Below are positions 8,450-17,604 of a DNA stretch of 51,950 nucleotides, piece after piece. The notes under the pieces were generated by a model, which saw only the letters and a list, made by a program, of their open reading frames with translations, ran no database searches and was not told where the DNA came from. This DNA comes from Candidatus Parvarchaeum acidiphilum ARMAN-4 (lineage in GTDB: Archaea > Nanobdellota > Nanobdellia > Parvarchaeales > Parvarchaeaceae), in contig GG730042.1 of the NCBI GenBank assembly GCA_002412065.1, positions 1-51,950 of the forward strand, given 5' to 3'. Made by a program: the position numbers and the translations under genes. Each line of letters opens with the position of its first letter. The first letter of the stretch is position 1.

Positions 8450-10612
8450 ATGGTGCAAAAAAATATCGGCGTTGTAATTTGTATTTCAGTGTTACTAGCA
8501 GTAATACTTTTGTTGTTTGTAAATTCTGGAGTAAGCAATGCTTTTTCCTGTTCAAACCAGAATATAACCTTGACAAATTTCTCTAATTTTGTTTGCACGT
8601 CACAATGGGTAAATGTTCCAGATCCAGTTTATCTTGCTAACGTAAATATAATTGCAAAAGGGATGTTCATAAATAATACCTTTAGTATTACTGGTGATTC
8701 TGTTTTGAATGTTAGCAGAATAATGAACAATGGAACATCCAACATAAATGCAACATTGCTAAGTGGAAGTTTGTTTAAGAATTACGGAACTATTGTTTTG
8801 GAGAGGCCGATTTTCCTCAACTTTACCTATTTCTTTAACAAAGGTTTGATCAGCAATAAGAACTACTTAAACAACGGCGGATATGCTAATAGCTATAATT
8901 CATACGGAGAAAAGAATTATGGCTGTGGCGGAGAGAGCTTTCCAAGCTCCTTTGCAGGAAGCGGCGGCGCGAGTATCTCTTACAGTGCATGCGACGGCGG
9001 CAGTACTTTGGTAGATGGAGGTTCCGGAGAATCGATAGGGAATGAAGGTTATCCTGCAGCTTATTGGAATACCTCTGGAAGTCATGTGTATTCTAAGCTT
9101 TCAAACTACACATTTAATCTAAGCCTGCTGAGCAGTGCTGGCGGGGCCTCATATAACGAAGCAAGCAACGCATATTTATTGAGAGGAGGAAGCGGGGTAT
9201 TTCCTTTGATAATAATAGCAAGGCAGTTTGATAACCTTGGGAAAATAACTAATCAAGGCCAGTCTATAAACTATTCAAAGATACAAAACGCAAGCGATTT
9301 TCTTGATCAAGGAATAGTAGGGGCAGGAAGTGGTGGGATTTTAGAGATAATTTCGCAAGGCTTTATTAATAATGGCACAACGAACGTAAGCGGAGGAAAA
9401 GTCTATTTTAACACTTCAATGCCTTTACCCTACCATTATACAGCCAATGACTTTGGGAACGGCGGCAAAGGAAATGCCTTTTTCTTCAGGGCCGGCAGCA
9501 ATCTTCTATCAAATTCAATAAAGAATTACAGTTTTGGCACTGAGCAGGAAAGCTTTGGCATAAATGATTCAAACAGTTCAAAAGTCAATCTATACAGCTT
9601 AAAGGTTGCTTTTCCAGTTATTTACGGTTGTGATTATGCTTCTTTATACTTGAAGGCCAGCGGCATTTATGACAACAATAGCTTTTCAAAGATCCAGCCA
9701 GTTAATGATGATGATTTCTCGCTGAATTCATCCGATAAGAATATCTCTTTTTCAATGTCAGGAAGCGATCCAATTTCGAAGTATTACAACAGTACAAGCC
9801 TTTTTGTTAATAATCTTTCAAATGACACAACCGTAAATCTGGGCTTTAAAGATACAATACCTGTCAGCGTGTCTTTCCAAAATACTAATAACACAAATTT
9901 CTCCCTGCAATCCGCAAATAATACTTTATTCTCAGGGTCTACTTCACTTCCTTTAACATTCGAATTAAGGCCAGGAAATTATTCTCTTTTCATTGGGAAT
10001 AAATCAGAGAATTACACTTATTATTTATTTGTCCAGAGGAACTGTCTTGGCTACCAAAACATAACCATCCCAGTAGGCCAGGATTATTATGATTATGATT
10101 CATTGAAAATACCTGCAAAGCCGTTAATAGTTTATAAAATGGATCAATCAGTGCTGAAAGTAGTCAAATATGTAGGCATGGACAGCTGCAGTTTCAATGA
10201 TTCACAGCTTTTGGGTCTTGATAGCTCGATATTGCAAAGTCTTTCAGCAATCAACAGGAGCCTGCTAAAAGACGGAAATACAAATTACAGCGAAATCATA
10301 AACAAAGAGGCAAATTACACAAATTACGTGCTGAATAAATATACAAGCAAACCAAAAACTACTGGAAACATATCTATGAACCAAAGCGGTCTGAATCTTT
10401 TGGATTACTTTAACAGCGGGAACTTTACAAAAGAAGTATTCCAGGTAAATAGCAAAGGCACAATAAATCTAAGCTATGGGAGCGGGAGCAAAATACAGAT
10501 AGTGGTGACAAGCAAACCAACACAAAACATTTTAGTGTCTGTGAGCAATACGGTCGTAAAGGCCTTTGCATATGTCCCTTCCCTGTTTCTAGGGTTTTTA
10601 GGAGGGTTATGA
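8450..10612 (+). CDS. Large secreted/surface protein with Gly-rich region and hydrophobic C-terminus
   Basis: Signal peptide, many N-x-S/T sequons, GGxG-rich blocks (AGSGG, GGSG, GAGSGG, GNGGKG), hydrophobic tail VPSLFLGFLGGL. Confidence 0.8.
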   Translation: MVQKNIGVVICISVLLAVILLLFVNSGVSNAFSCSNQNITLTNFSNFVCTSQWVNVPDPVYLANVNIIAKGMFINNTFSITGDSVLNVSRIMNNGTSNINATLLSGSLFKNYGTIVLERPIFLNFTYFFNKGLISNKNYLNNGGYANSYNSYGEKNYGCGGESFPSSFAGSGGASISYSACDGGSTLVDGGSGESIGNEGYPAAYWNTSGSHVYSKLSNYTFNLSLLSSAGGASYNEASNAYLLRGGSGVFPLIIIARQFDNLGKITNQGQSINYSKIQNASDFLDQGIVGAGSGGILEIISQGFINNGTTNVSGGKVYFNTSMPLPYHYTANDFGNGGKGNAFFFRAGSNLLSNSIKNYSFGTEQESFGINDSNSSKVNLYSLKVAFPVIYGCDYASLYLKASGIYDNNSFSKIQPVNDDDFSLNSSDKNISFSMSGSDPISKYYNSTSLFVNNLSNDTTVNLGFKDTIPVSVSFQNTNNTNFSLQSANNTLFSGSTSLPLTFELRPGNYSLFIGNKSENYTYYLFVQRNCLGYQNITIPVGQDYYDYDSLKIPAKPLIVYKMDQSVLKVVKYVGMDSCSFNDSQLLGLDSSILQSLSAINRSLLKDGNTNYSEIINKEANYTNYVLNKYTSKPKTTGNISMNQSGLNLLDYFNSGNFTKEVFQVNSKGTINLSYGSGSKIQIVVTSKPTQNILVSVSNTVVKAFAYVPSLFLGFLGGL

Positions 10613-11229
10613 TGGAAGAAGAACTTAAGCAGCTTTATGAAGCGGTATTGAAAATGAATGAAAAACTGTCGCAGGTAAACAGCAAGAATGAGCAGCTCGA
10701 ATCGCTGATAAATGCAATGTCCCAATATATGCTTTCTAAAAATGATGGGGAAATAACAGAGCAAGAAATGGTCGTACTGGATCCTTTTAACATGAGCGGG
10801 TACAAGAATGTTTCAACTTCAAACGGCAGTGTTTTTAAGGTAAGATCAAAGGGCCTATGTGTAAACGGAAGGCACTCTGTCGATGAAAACTCCAATGTAA
10901 AAATCTGCTCAAAGTGCAATGGTATAATCTGCGAAACACATGACACGGGTTTGAATCCTCCAATGTGCGTGAACTGCATAAAGGATCAGATAAAAGATTT
11001 AGAGCTGCTGGACATTTACATATTAAGTGCAATCAACAACGGAATAAGCATAAACCAGCTAAGGAAGTTGATAAAAGGGTCATATAAGGAATTCAATATC
11101 TCTCAGCAGAAACTTTTAAAAGAAGGGTATATCGACAAGGACCTTCTCTTCAGGAAAATACTGACAACAAAAGGTGCATCTGCTCTATTGCTGGGCAGCA
11201 CGGTATATGACCTTTCATTTATAGGGTAA
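10609..11229 (+). CDS. Coiled-coil + Cys/His Zn-finger + winged-helix protein
   Basis: N-terminal heptads; C..H...CSKC...CETH...CVNC; C-terminal wHTH-like LLKEGYI...LTTKG. ATGA overlap with the upstream gene, preceded by SD-like GGAGG. Confidence 0.75.
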   Translation: MMEEELKQLYEAVLKMNEKLSQVNSKNEQLESLINAMSQYMLSKNDGEITEQEMVVLDPFNMSGYKNVSTSNGSVFKVRSKGLCVNGRHSVDENSNVKICSKCNGIICETHDTGLNPPMCVNCIKDQIKDLELLDIYILSAINNGISINQLRKLIKGSYKEFNISQQKLLKEGYIDKDLLFRKILTTKGASALLLGSTVYDLSFIG

Positions 11230-11234
11230 GATAA

Positions 11235-13121
11235 ATGGAAGAGCAGCTCCAAGGAATAATCAAAAAACTAAGTTTATTCCGGGAATTCACTGACACCAGT
11301 AAGATTGAGGGCCTTATCTCCAGGCTAAGCAAAACAAAAGACCCAGGGATGCAGGTTTTCCTTCTTTCAAATATAATGAAGGAATTTAAGGATCTTGAAG
11401 CGGCGTTTCCAGTTTCGGATCCTTTATTTCCCATCATAAAGAGAAAGGAAGGAATGGAAATCGGCAGTATTTTATATCAAGAACAAAAAATCGGCAGGCT
11501 TTCGCTTTCTCTGGAGGATTTAAACAGAAATATACTTATAGTGGGTTCGACCGGCCATGGTAAAACATCACTGATATATAGTATACTAAAAAAGGCATCC
11601 GAGAACGGTATAAACTATCTTATATTCGACATGAAAAAAGATTACAGGGCCCTGGGTTTGGGCAAAGACTCGGTTTACATTGATGCAAATGACCTGAGGA
11701 TAAACCCTTTAGAGGTTCCTGTAAACACCAAAGAAAAGGAATGGGCAGTGCATTTTGCGGATATTTTTTCAGATAGTTTTTCGCTTCTTATAGGAAGCAG
11801 GGATTATCTTTTGGAAAACACCATAAACCTTTGTTCTTCATGGGACAAAAATTATCCTCCAAGGCTGGCAGATTTGCTGCTTTACATTACCTTGAATGGC
11901 AAAAGAAATGATTACTTTAAGGTTATTGAAGGAAGGTTGAAAAGCCTTGTTTCATCCACTTCTATGTTTGACTGCAACTTGGGTATTTCTTTTGAGAGAA
12001 TGAAGGATAAAAACATTATAATAGGGATTGAAAATGTGGGTATTGCAGAGCAGTATTTCCTTGTTTCGTTTATCCTTTCTTCATTTTATTACTCTAACCT
12101 TGGAATAAGCAGCAGAAAATTCAATAGGCTTGTTGTGATAGACGACGCACATTCAATATTGGATGCAAACAAGGAAAGGGACTACGCTAAAGGGATACCG
12201 TTAATTCATTCAATAATTGCAAAGATAAGAGAGATGGGGTTCGGCTTTATTTTTCCAGAACAGCAGGTTTCGTCCATATTATCAAGCGCTATACAGAATA
12301 CCAACACAAAATTCATAGGAAGAGTAAACCTTTACTCCGATCTTTATAGAATACTGCCGGGCAATGCAAACGTAGTTTCAGATTTTATCTCTAAGTTAAA
12401 CAAGTCGGAGTTTTTGGTTTTTAACGAGTCAATACGGCCTTTTTGTTTGTTTGAAGCTGACAGGGTAAATATTGCAAAGTCGGTAGATCCTTCAATGTTT
12501 GCAGTAAAAACCGCAATGGACAGGCAGTTCCTGAATTTTTTTAAGGCAGACAGTTTTTCCGCAAAAGAAGAAAGTTTTCTCGCTGAAATAAATTCAAACT
12601 ACTTTTTGAATTTGACCCTGCATATGCAGAATTTATCAGAAATTATGGACAAAGAGGAATTTAATTCGATTAAAAACATGTTTTTGAAAAATAAGGTTAT
12701 ATCGCAAGTTTCTCTGGATTTCCCAAGCGGGAAAACCTCCAAGTTCTTATTTATAAATAAAGACTCTAATGGTAAAGCTGGCAGGATAAGAGATTTAAAC
12801 CCGTTAACAGAAGAAGAATTTTTCAGGAATTTATTCAAGTACTTGGTCGTTAATCAGCTGAAAATAAGCAAGTCAAACTTTGAAGAATATGAAGATGGGT
12901 TTTTGATAAAAGGCCTGCTTAAAAAATACATTTTAGTAGATTACAATATTGCAAGTCTTAAAAGAATACTTGAAACAAAATTCGATTCCGTGATATTTTT
13001 AGTAAATGATAATCTGTCTGAGCAGGATGTTCTTGCAGAATTAATAAAGGAAAGCGATCAAAAACAATTGCTTAATATGAAAGCATTAAAGATAGTTCAT
13101 TACAAGGACTTTAAAATTTAG
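11235..13121 (+). CDS. HerA/FtsK/VirB4-like (DUF87) P-loop ATPase
   Basis: NRNILIVGSTGHGKT, IFDMKKDY, INPL, VVIDDAH (Walker B), IREMGFG (Arg finger), Q...S..IQNTNTK. Confidence 0.85.
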   Translation: MEEQLQGIIKKLSLFREFTDTSKIEGLISRLSKTKDPGMQVFLLSNIMKEFKDLEAAFPVSDPLFPIIKRKEGMEIGSILYQEQKIGRLSLSLEDLNRNILIVGSTGHGKTSLIYSILKKASENGINYLIFDMKKDYRALGLGKDSVYIDANDLRINPLEVPVNTKEKEWAVHFADIFSDSFSLLIGSRDYLLENTINLCSSWDKNYPPRLADLLLYITLNGKRNDYFKVIEGRLKSLVSSTSMFDCNLGISFERMKDKNIIIGIENVGIAEQYFLVSFILSSFYYSNLGISSRKFNRLVVIDDAHSILDANKERDYAKGIPLIHSIIAKIREMGFGFIFPEQQVSSILSSAIQNTNTKFIGRVNLYSDLYRILPGNANVVSDFISKLNKSEFLVFNESIRPFCLFEADRVNIAKSVDPSMFAVKTAMDRQFLNFFKADSFSAKEESFLAEINSNYFLNLTLHMQNLSEIMDKEEFNSIKNMFLKNKVISQVSLDFPSGKTSKFLFINKDSNGKAGRIRDLNPLTEEEFFRNLFKYLVVNQLKISKSNFEEYEDGFLIKGLLKKYILVDYNIASLKRILETKFDSVIFLVNDNLSEQDVLAELIKESDQKQLLNMKALKIVHYKDFKI

Positions 13122-13187
13122 CTTATAAAATCAAAGTATCCTGAAATAAACACCTATATAAGATTTTGTTAAGATAAAATAAAAAAT

Positions 13188-13209
13188 GATAGATAATAAT
13201 TTATCTATC
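13188..13209. terminator. Inverted repeat between convergent genes, possible terminator or binding site
   Basis: GATAGATAA-TAAT-TTATCTATC, a perfect 9-bp stem. Confidence 0.4.
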
Positions 13210-13245
13210 GCGCAATCCTCTTACTAGACATTAAGTGACTAAATT

Positions 13246-14370
13246 TTAAAATCCGCCCAAATAAAACAAAAATTCGGCCCAGTTATCCTTTCGTTTCGGT
13301 TTAAGCTTCTTTAATAATTCTATAGTCTCATATCCAGTAAATTCTAAACCATGCTTTATGTTAGGTAAAATGTATCTTGACTCTCCTTTATAGACTTTAT
13401 TATGTGGTAGTGCAAGATCAATGTACCACCAGCCCAACTTTCCATTTAATTGTTTAAAGTGAAGCTCTGAATCTTGCATTCCATCACATGCATTATTACC
13501 AAGTTCATCAACATAAATTTTACTTCTAAATGCATCTTCTCCAAAATCATCCCCTGCCTTTTTACCGTAAACCTTGCAATTTCTTATTTGTTTCAATGCT
13601 TTCTCGCCGGCTTCACCAAAATGTATTTCGCTGTTTTCTGCATAATCCGCTAACCACTCTTCAGCTTTATCAACATAAAGTTTTGATTTTTTCATGCTAT
13701 TGCCTGCACCGAGTCCAGCTTTTTTAGCGAATATTATAGAATGATCCGCACCCTGGCCGAGAAAATCGCTGGCATCATGAACGTATATCGTTGAACCAAC
13801 CGAGTCACGTCCTAAACCCTCGTCAGCTTTGTAAATATGCATCTCTGAGTTAACCATTTCTTTACCTGCTTCATAACCTGCGGTTTTGGCAAATATCTTA
13901 CTATTTACAATTCCTTCTCCAAGATTATTCCCAGCTACATTTACATGTCCTTCAGCATCTCTTAATCCATATAATAACTTGTCTATAGGTCTCGGAGAGT
14001 TTATGTAAACCTTCTCTCTAGGTTTTATAACATTGTTTATTGCTGCAGAAATAAAAATCCCCAAGCCATCAGTTTTATCAATATTATTGTAAACTCTTTC
14101 ATCACCTGCCAAATCTTCAACATCCTTTAATTTGTAATCCAAACCCTTCATCTCTCCGTGCAGGTATTCTTCTCCTACAGCAGTAAAATCTGTTCCAGAT
14201 AGCTTAGAAAATGCATACAACAATGCATCTAAACCCTTCAATCCTTTTTTATTGGTAAACTGAATTGTATTTTTGATATGGCTCTTATAACCTTCTACTA
14301 CTCTTTCGTATGCCTGTACCTCTTCTTGACTTACTGGATAGAAATAAGGCCCCTCTTCGCTTCCTCCCAT
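13246..14370 (-). CDS. Beta-helix repeat protein (FwdC/GltB C-terminal GXGXG-like)
   Basis: About nine tandem 18-aa repeats, e.g. IFAKTAGYEAGKEMVNSE, IYVHDASDFLGQGADHSI, IFAKKAGLGAGNSMKKSK. Confidence 0.7.
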   Translation of the reverse strand: MGGSEEGPYFYPVSQEEVQAYERVVEGYKSHIKNTIQFTNKKGLKGLDALLYAFSKLSGTDFTAVGEEYLHGEMKGLDYKLKDVEDLAGDERVYNNIDKTDGLGIFISAAINNVIKPREKVYINSPRPIDKLLYGLRDAEGHVNVAGNNLGEGIVNSKIFAKTAGYEAGKEMVNSEMHIYKADEGLGRDSVGSTIYVHDASDFLGQGADHSIIFAKKAGLGAGNSMKKSKLYVDKAEEWLADYAENSEIHFGEAGEKALKQIRNCKVYGKKAGDDFGEDAFRSKIYVDELGNNACDGMQDSELHFKQLNGKLGWWYIDLALPHNKVYKGESRYILPNIKHGLEFTGYETIELLKKLKPKRKDNWAEFLFYLGGF

Positions 14371-14515
14371 ATTTTATCATCTCCTTTTTAATTTTAAACA
14401 ACTATCAATAGAATAGAAATAGTATATAAATGTTTCCTTACTATATAATGATAATTTTTACTAGAATAAGTGGTAAAAAAAGAAGACATAAGAATGCATC
14501 TTAATTTTTTTAGTT

Positions 14516-14764
14516 TTAAACTTTGTTATTCTCTTTTAAATCATTGTTTTCAGGATTCTTGTAATTAGATAAAGCGATGGCTGAAACATAAGCTAGCACA
14601 GCTGCTGACCATAATATAGCATAAACAGGTAATTTAGGCATCAAAGGAAGAGCAATTACTCCAGTTAAACCAGATCCATAACTGAAAAATTCAAGGCGTT
14701 CCGCCATTTTATAGTATCTTGATTTTATCAAGCAGAAAGAACTACTTCGGCAGGTGATAGCCAT
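14516..14764 (-). CDS. Small membrane protein, possibly a gene remnant
   Basis: Two hydrophobic segments; start uncertain. Confidence 0.4.
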   Translation of the reverse strand: MAITCRSSSFCLIKSRYYKMAERLEFFSYGSGLTGVIALPLMPKLPVYAILWSAAVLAYVSAIALSNYKNPENNDLKENNKV

Positions 14765-14878
14765 GAGTCTTCAATTTATTAGTGGTACTACTGCACATGT
14801 TAGAAATGAAAGCTAAGGAGAAATAATCAATAACTTAAAAACCAAGGTTTATATCCAACCTCCAATCAATTTATTATC

Positions 14879-15613
14879 ATGGGCCGCAAAGAAAAGCTTG
14901 AAAAAATACTTAAAGATTTGAGCAGCTCATTTGAAAAATCAAAGCTTTTGGAATACATGGATTTTAATCCAAAAAGCTTTATCTTTAGGCCAGAAAAAGA
15001 AAATTTGGATGGAAACCTGGTTTACAATGCGCTAGCTTCTTATGATCCAGAAAAGGATAAATTCTATATACTTAAAGAGCTGTTCAGCCCGGGCCCTTTA
15101 GACAATGCACAGAAAGTAAAAAACCTGGAAAGCCAAAAGGCTATTGTAATGCATGAAGAGGTGCATAGAGCAGTAATAAAATCAGGTTTGCTGTATAAAT
15201 ATCAGAATGACTCTGTAATAAGTTCTACTTTTTGCCTAGATAAAGACCATAGTCTACCGTTTGTTTTAGCTTCTCTTAAATTCAATGGGAGGCTTTCAAA
15301 TTACTCTTATTCTGACAATGAACTTGTTGACTTCGCGGATACTTTCAGTTCTTTAGGCCAGCTTATTGAATACTTAAAAGCCCAAGATTCTGCTGCCATC
15401 CAAAAAAGCCTTTATCTTCTAGATTTAACAGGTTTTAGCGAATCAAAAGAGGAGGTAGTAGAAAAACTGCGTTCGGAGGGGTTAAAATTTAGAGATGGTA
15501 TGATGTTTGCAGTTAGAGGTAAACAAGCACTGGTTTACTTTAAAAAAGCATTTTACAATACTTATTTAGATGATGGTAAAAATGATATTGCCATAAAATA
15601 CAAAAAACTTTAA
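14879..15613 (+). CDS. Hypothetical protein with zincin-like HExxH motif
   Basis: ALASYDP...IVMHEEVHRA. Confidence 0.6.
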   Translation: MGRKEKLEKILKDLSSSFEKSKLLEYMDFNPKSFIFRPEKENLDGNLVYNALASYDPEKDKFYILKELFSPGPLDNAQKVKNLESQKAIVMHEEVHRAVIKSGLLYKYQNDSVISSTFCLDKDHSLPFVLASLKFNGRLSNYSYSDNELVDFADTFSSLGQLIEYLKAQDSAAIQKSLYLLDLTGFSESKEEVVEKLRSEGLKFRDGMMFAVRGKQALVYFKKAFYNTYLDDGKNDIAIKYKKL

Positions 15614-15710
15614 TTGCCGTAAATTACGTATAATCCTAAAAAATTAAAAACCGCTTAAAAATGTATTTAAAAGGAAGAAAAGTTTAATATATACACGGAG
15701 TATAATAACT

Positions 15711-16199
15711 ATGGTAGAAGAAAAAAAGTTTCATTCTGTTTTATCCTCAACTGCTGTTAAGTTATCCGTATATTCTTCTTTCCTAGATTTTGGTTTAGCG
15801 ATATCGGTGTTTTTCTTACAGAGGAAACTCCTACCAATAGCAATGACTTCTTTCCTTTTAAATTTGTTTGATACTGCAATTGCTTATTTAACATTTGCGA
15901 TAATCGGTTTATTCCTTGCTGCAATGGCATTAAAGTTTAAAGAGAGAATTGTAACAATTAAGCCAAGTAATAAGAATTTACAGCAGGCAAGCATAAGAAA
16001 AGTAAAGATATCCTTGCCAAAAGAAAGCTTTAATGATAATAAGCCTAAAGCGGCCATTCTAAAGGTAGTCTCTGGCCATCCAAATAATGAAATAGAAAGA
16101 GTTGTAAGCAAGAACAAAGAAGACTTTATAAAATTCAATGGTGTTTGGTACAGAGTGGCTAAGGACAAATTTGATCAGGTCACAAGGCCGGATTATTAG
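15711..16199 (+). CDS. Two-TM membrane protein
   Basis: Two hydrophobic helices followed by a basic soluble domain. Confidence 0.65.
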   Translation: MVEEKKFHSVLSSTAVKLSVYSSFLDFGLAISVFFLQRKLLPIAMTSFLLNLFDTAIAYLTFAIIGLFLAAMALKFKERIVTIKPSNKNLQQASIRKVKISLPKESFNDNKPKAAILKVVSGHPNNEIERVVSKNKEDFIKFNGVWYRVAKDKFDQVTRPDY

Positions 16200-16242
16200 C
16201 TATAAAAGATAATATTTTAATGATGGAAAAGCTTATAATCAA

Positions 16243-16596
16243 ATGAAAGGACAAGGACTGCCAATTTCAGCTGTAATTATAATAATTTTGGCAGTAGTTA
16301 TTCTTCTTTTCGTGGTTTTATTAGTAATACTTCCTATCTCTAAGACTTCAAACTCGTTAAAACCCCCTTCTTCAAATGTAAGCTCATTTCAATTTGAATG
16401 CAGCACAGACTGCAGCTTAGCTAGTAGCCCAAACCCTGCAAGTACTTCTTTTTGCACAGCGACTTTGCCAGGTTATCCTTCTGTGCACTGCTATAGCACA
16501 ATACCAGGCACAAGCAATTATGTTTATGGTAGTGGTAGCTGCATTTACACAGATTCTTTCGGAAAACAGATAACTGCAGATAGCAGTGACTGCTGA
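16243..16596 (+). CDS. Small pilin-like protein (class III signal peptide), Cys-rich
   Basis: MKGQ followed by a long hydrophobic stretch; six Cys in the mature part. Confidence 0.7.
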   Translation: MKGQGLPISAVIIIILAVVILLFVVLLVILPISKTSNSLKPPSSNVSSFQFECSTDCSLASSPNPASTSFCTATLPGYPSVHCYSTIPGTSNYVYGSGSCIYTDSFGKQITADSSDC

Positions 16597-16746
16597 AAAA
16601 TAATATTTTAATAAAAATCTGTTTTATGCAAAGAAAAGATATAAATTAGCAAATACAAATAGTTTTATGGTTGCAGAATTAAATTTCAGTTTTAGATCTG
16701 AAAAAATAAATTGTTTTCTAACCAAGGAGGGAAGCCTCGAATAGCT

Positions 16747-17538
16747 ATGGTTTCTGTTACGTGGCTCGAAGGTTTTGATCCATCATATATTTTTAAATCA
16801 AGGGAAGATTTTAAGAATTGGCTTTTGTCCCATATAGATCTTACTTATCTCCCACCGTATCTTCCTAGTGACGATCTAAAAGCTTTTTTGGATAAGGCTA
16901 TAAGCTATGGGTTTCAGCGAGTTTGTATCCCGATTACTTCCATCACAAGAGCAGAGGAATTAATAGGTAAGGATAAAAAACTTGAGTTTATCACTTTCAT
17001 TTCTTCATTTCATGGAAATAGGAATCTTGTAGATGAGAAAAAACAGGCTTGCTACACTGCAGTATCTCTGAAGGCAAGTGAAATAGAGTTCAGCCCCGAT
17101 TTATCATTGCTTGCTGACAATCCAGATCTTTTCAAGACAGAAATAAGTTCAATTTTAGATATAATAAAACAGGCTAACAAGGTTTCGAAGGTTTACTTAG
17201 AAATCGATAAACTACCCGATGAGTTGATAGAAAAAGCAATACAATTATCACAGGGCTGCCAGCCAGATTATATAAGTATATTCATAAACCTGCTGGAAGA
17301 AGAGGACTACGATGGTCAAAATCTAAGTTTTTCGAAAGTATGGTTTGAAAAAGTAAACAACTCAATAAAAGACGGCAAGAAAACAAAACTAAAAGTCTAT
17401 GGGAGAATAGACAATTTCAATAACCTCCTTCCCCTTCTTTATCTGGCTACCAAATATAATTGGAGTTTAGATGATATTAGAATAGGAACTGAGTACGGCT
17501 TTGACATACTGGACAGTTTAGACACGTCTTCGCTGTAA
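16747..17538 (+). CDS. DeoC-like (deoxyribose-phosphate aldolase fold) protein with degenerate active site
   Basis: HIDLTYL, YGFQRVCI, ASEIE, KVYLE, LKVYG and RIGT are collinear with DeoC, but DFIKTSTG is replaced by DYISIFIN. ATG 16747 preferred over the TTG at 16711. Confidence 0.7.
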   Translation: MVSVTWLEGFDPSYIFKSREDFKNWLLSHIDLTYLPPYLPSDDLKAFLDKAISYGFQRVCIPITSITRAEELIGKDKKLEFITFISSFHGNRNLVDEKKQACYTAVSLKASEIEFSPDLSLLADNPDLFKTEISSILDIIKQANKVSKVYLEIDKLPDELIEKAIQLSQGCQPDYISIFINLLEEEDYDGQNLSFSKVWFEKVNNSIKDGKKTKLKVYGRIDNFNNLLPLLYLATKYNWSLDDIRIGTEYGFDILDSLDTSSL

Positions 17539-17604
17539 CTACCTATCAAAGGGTTAAAACACTAATTACAATAAGTTTTTATACCTTAAAAAATTCAATC
17601 TTAT

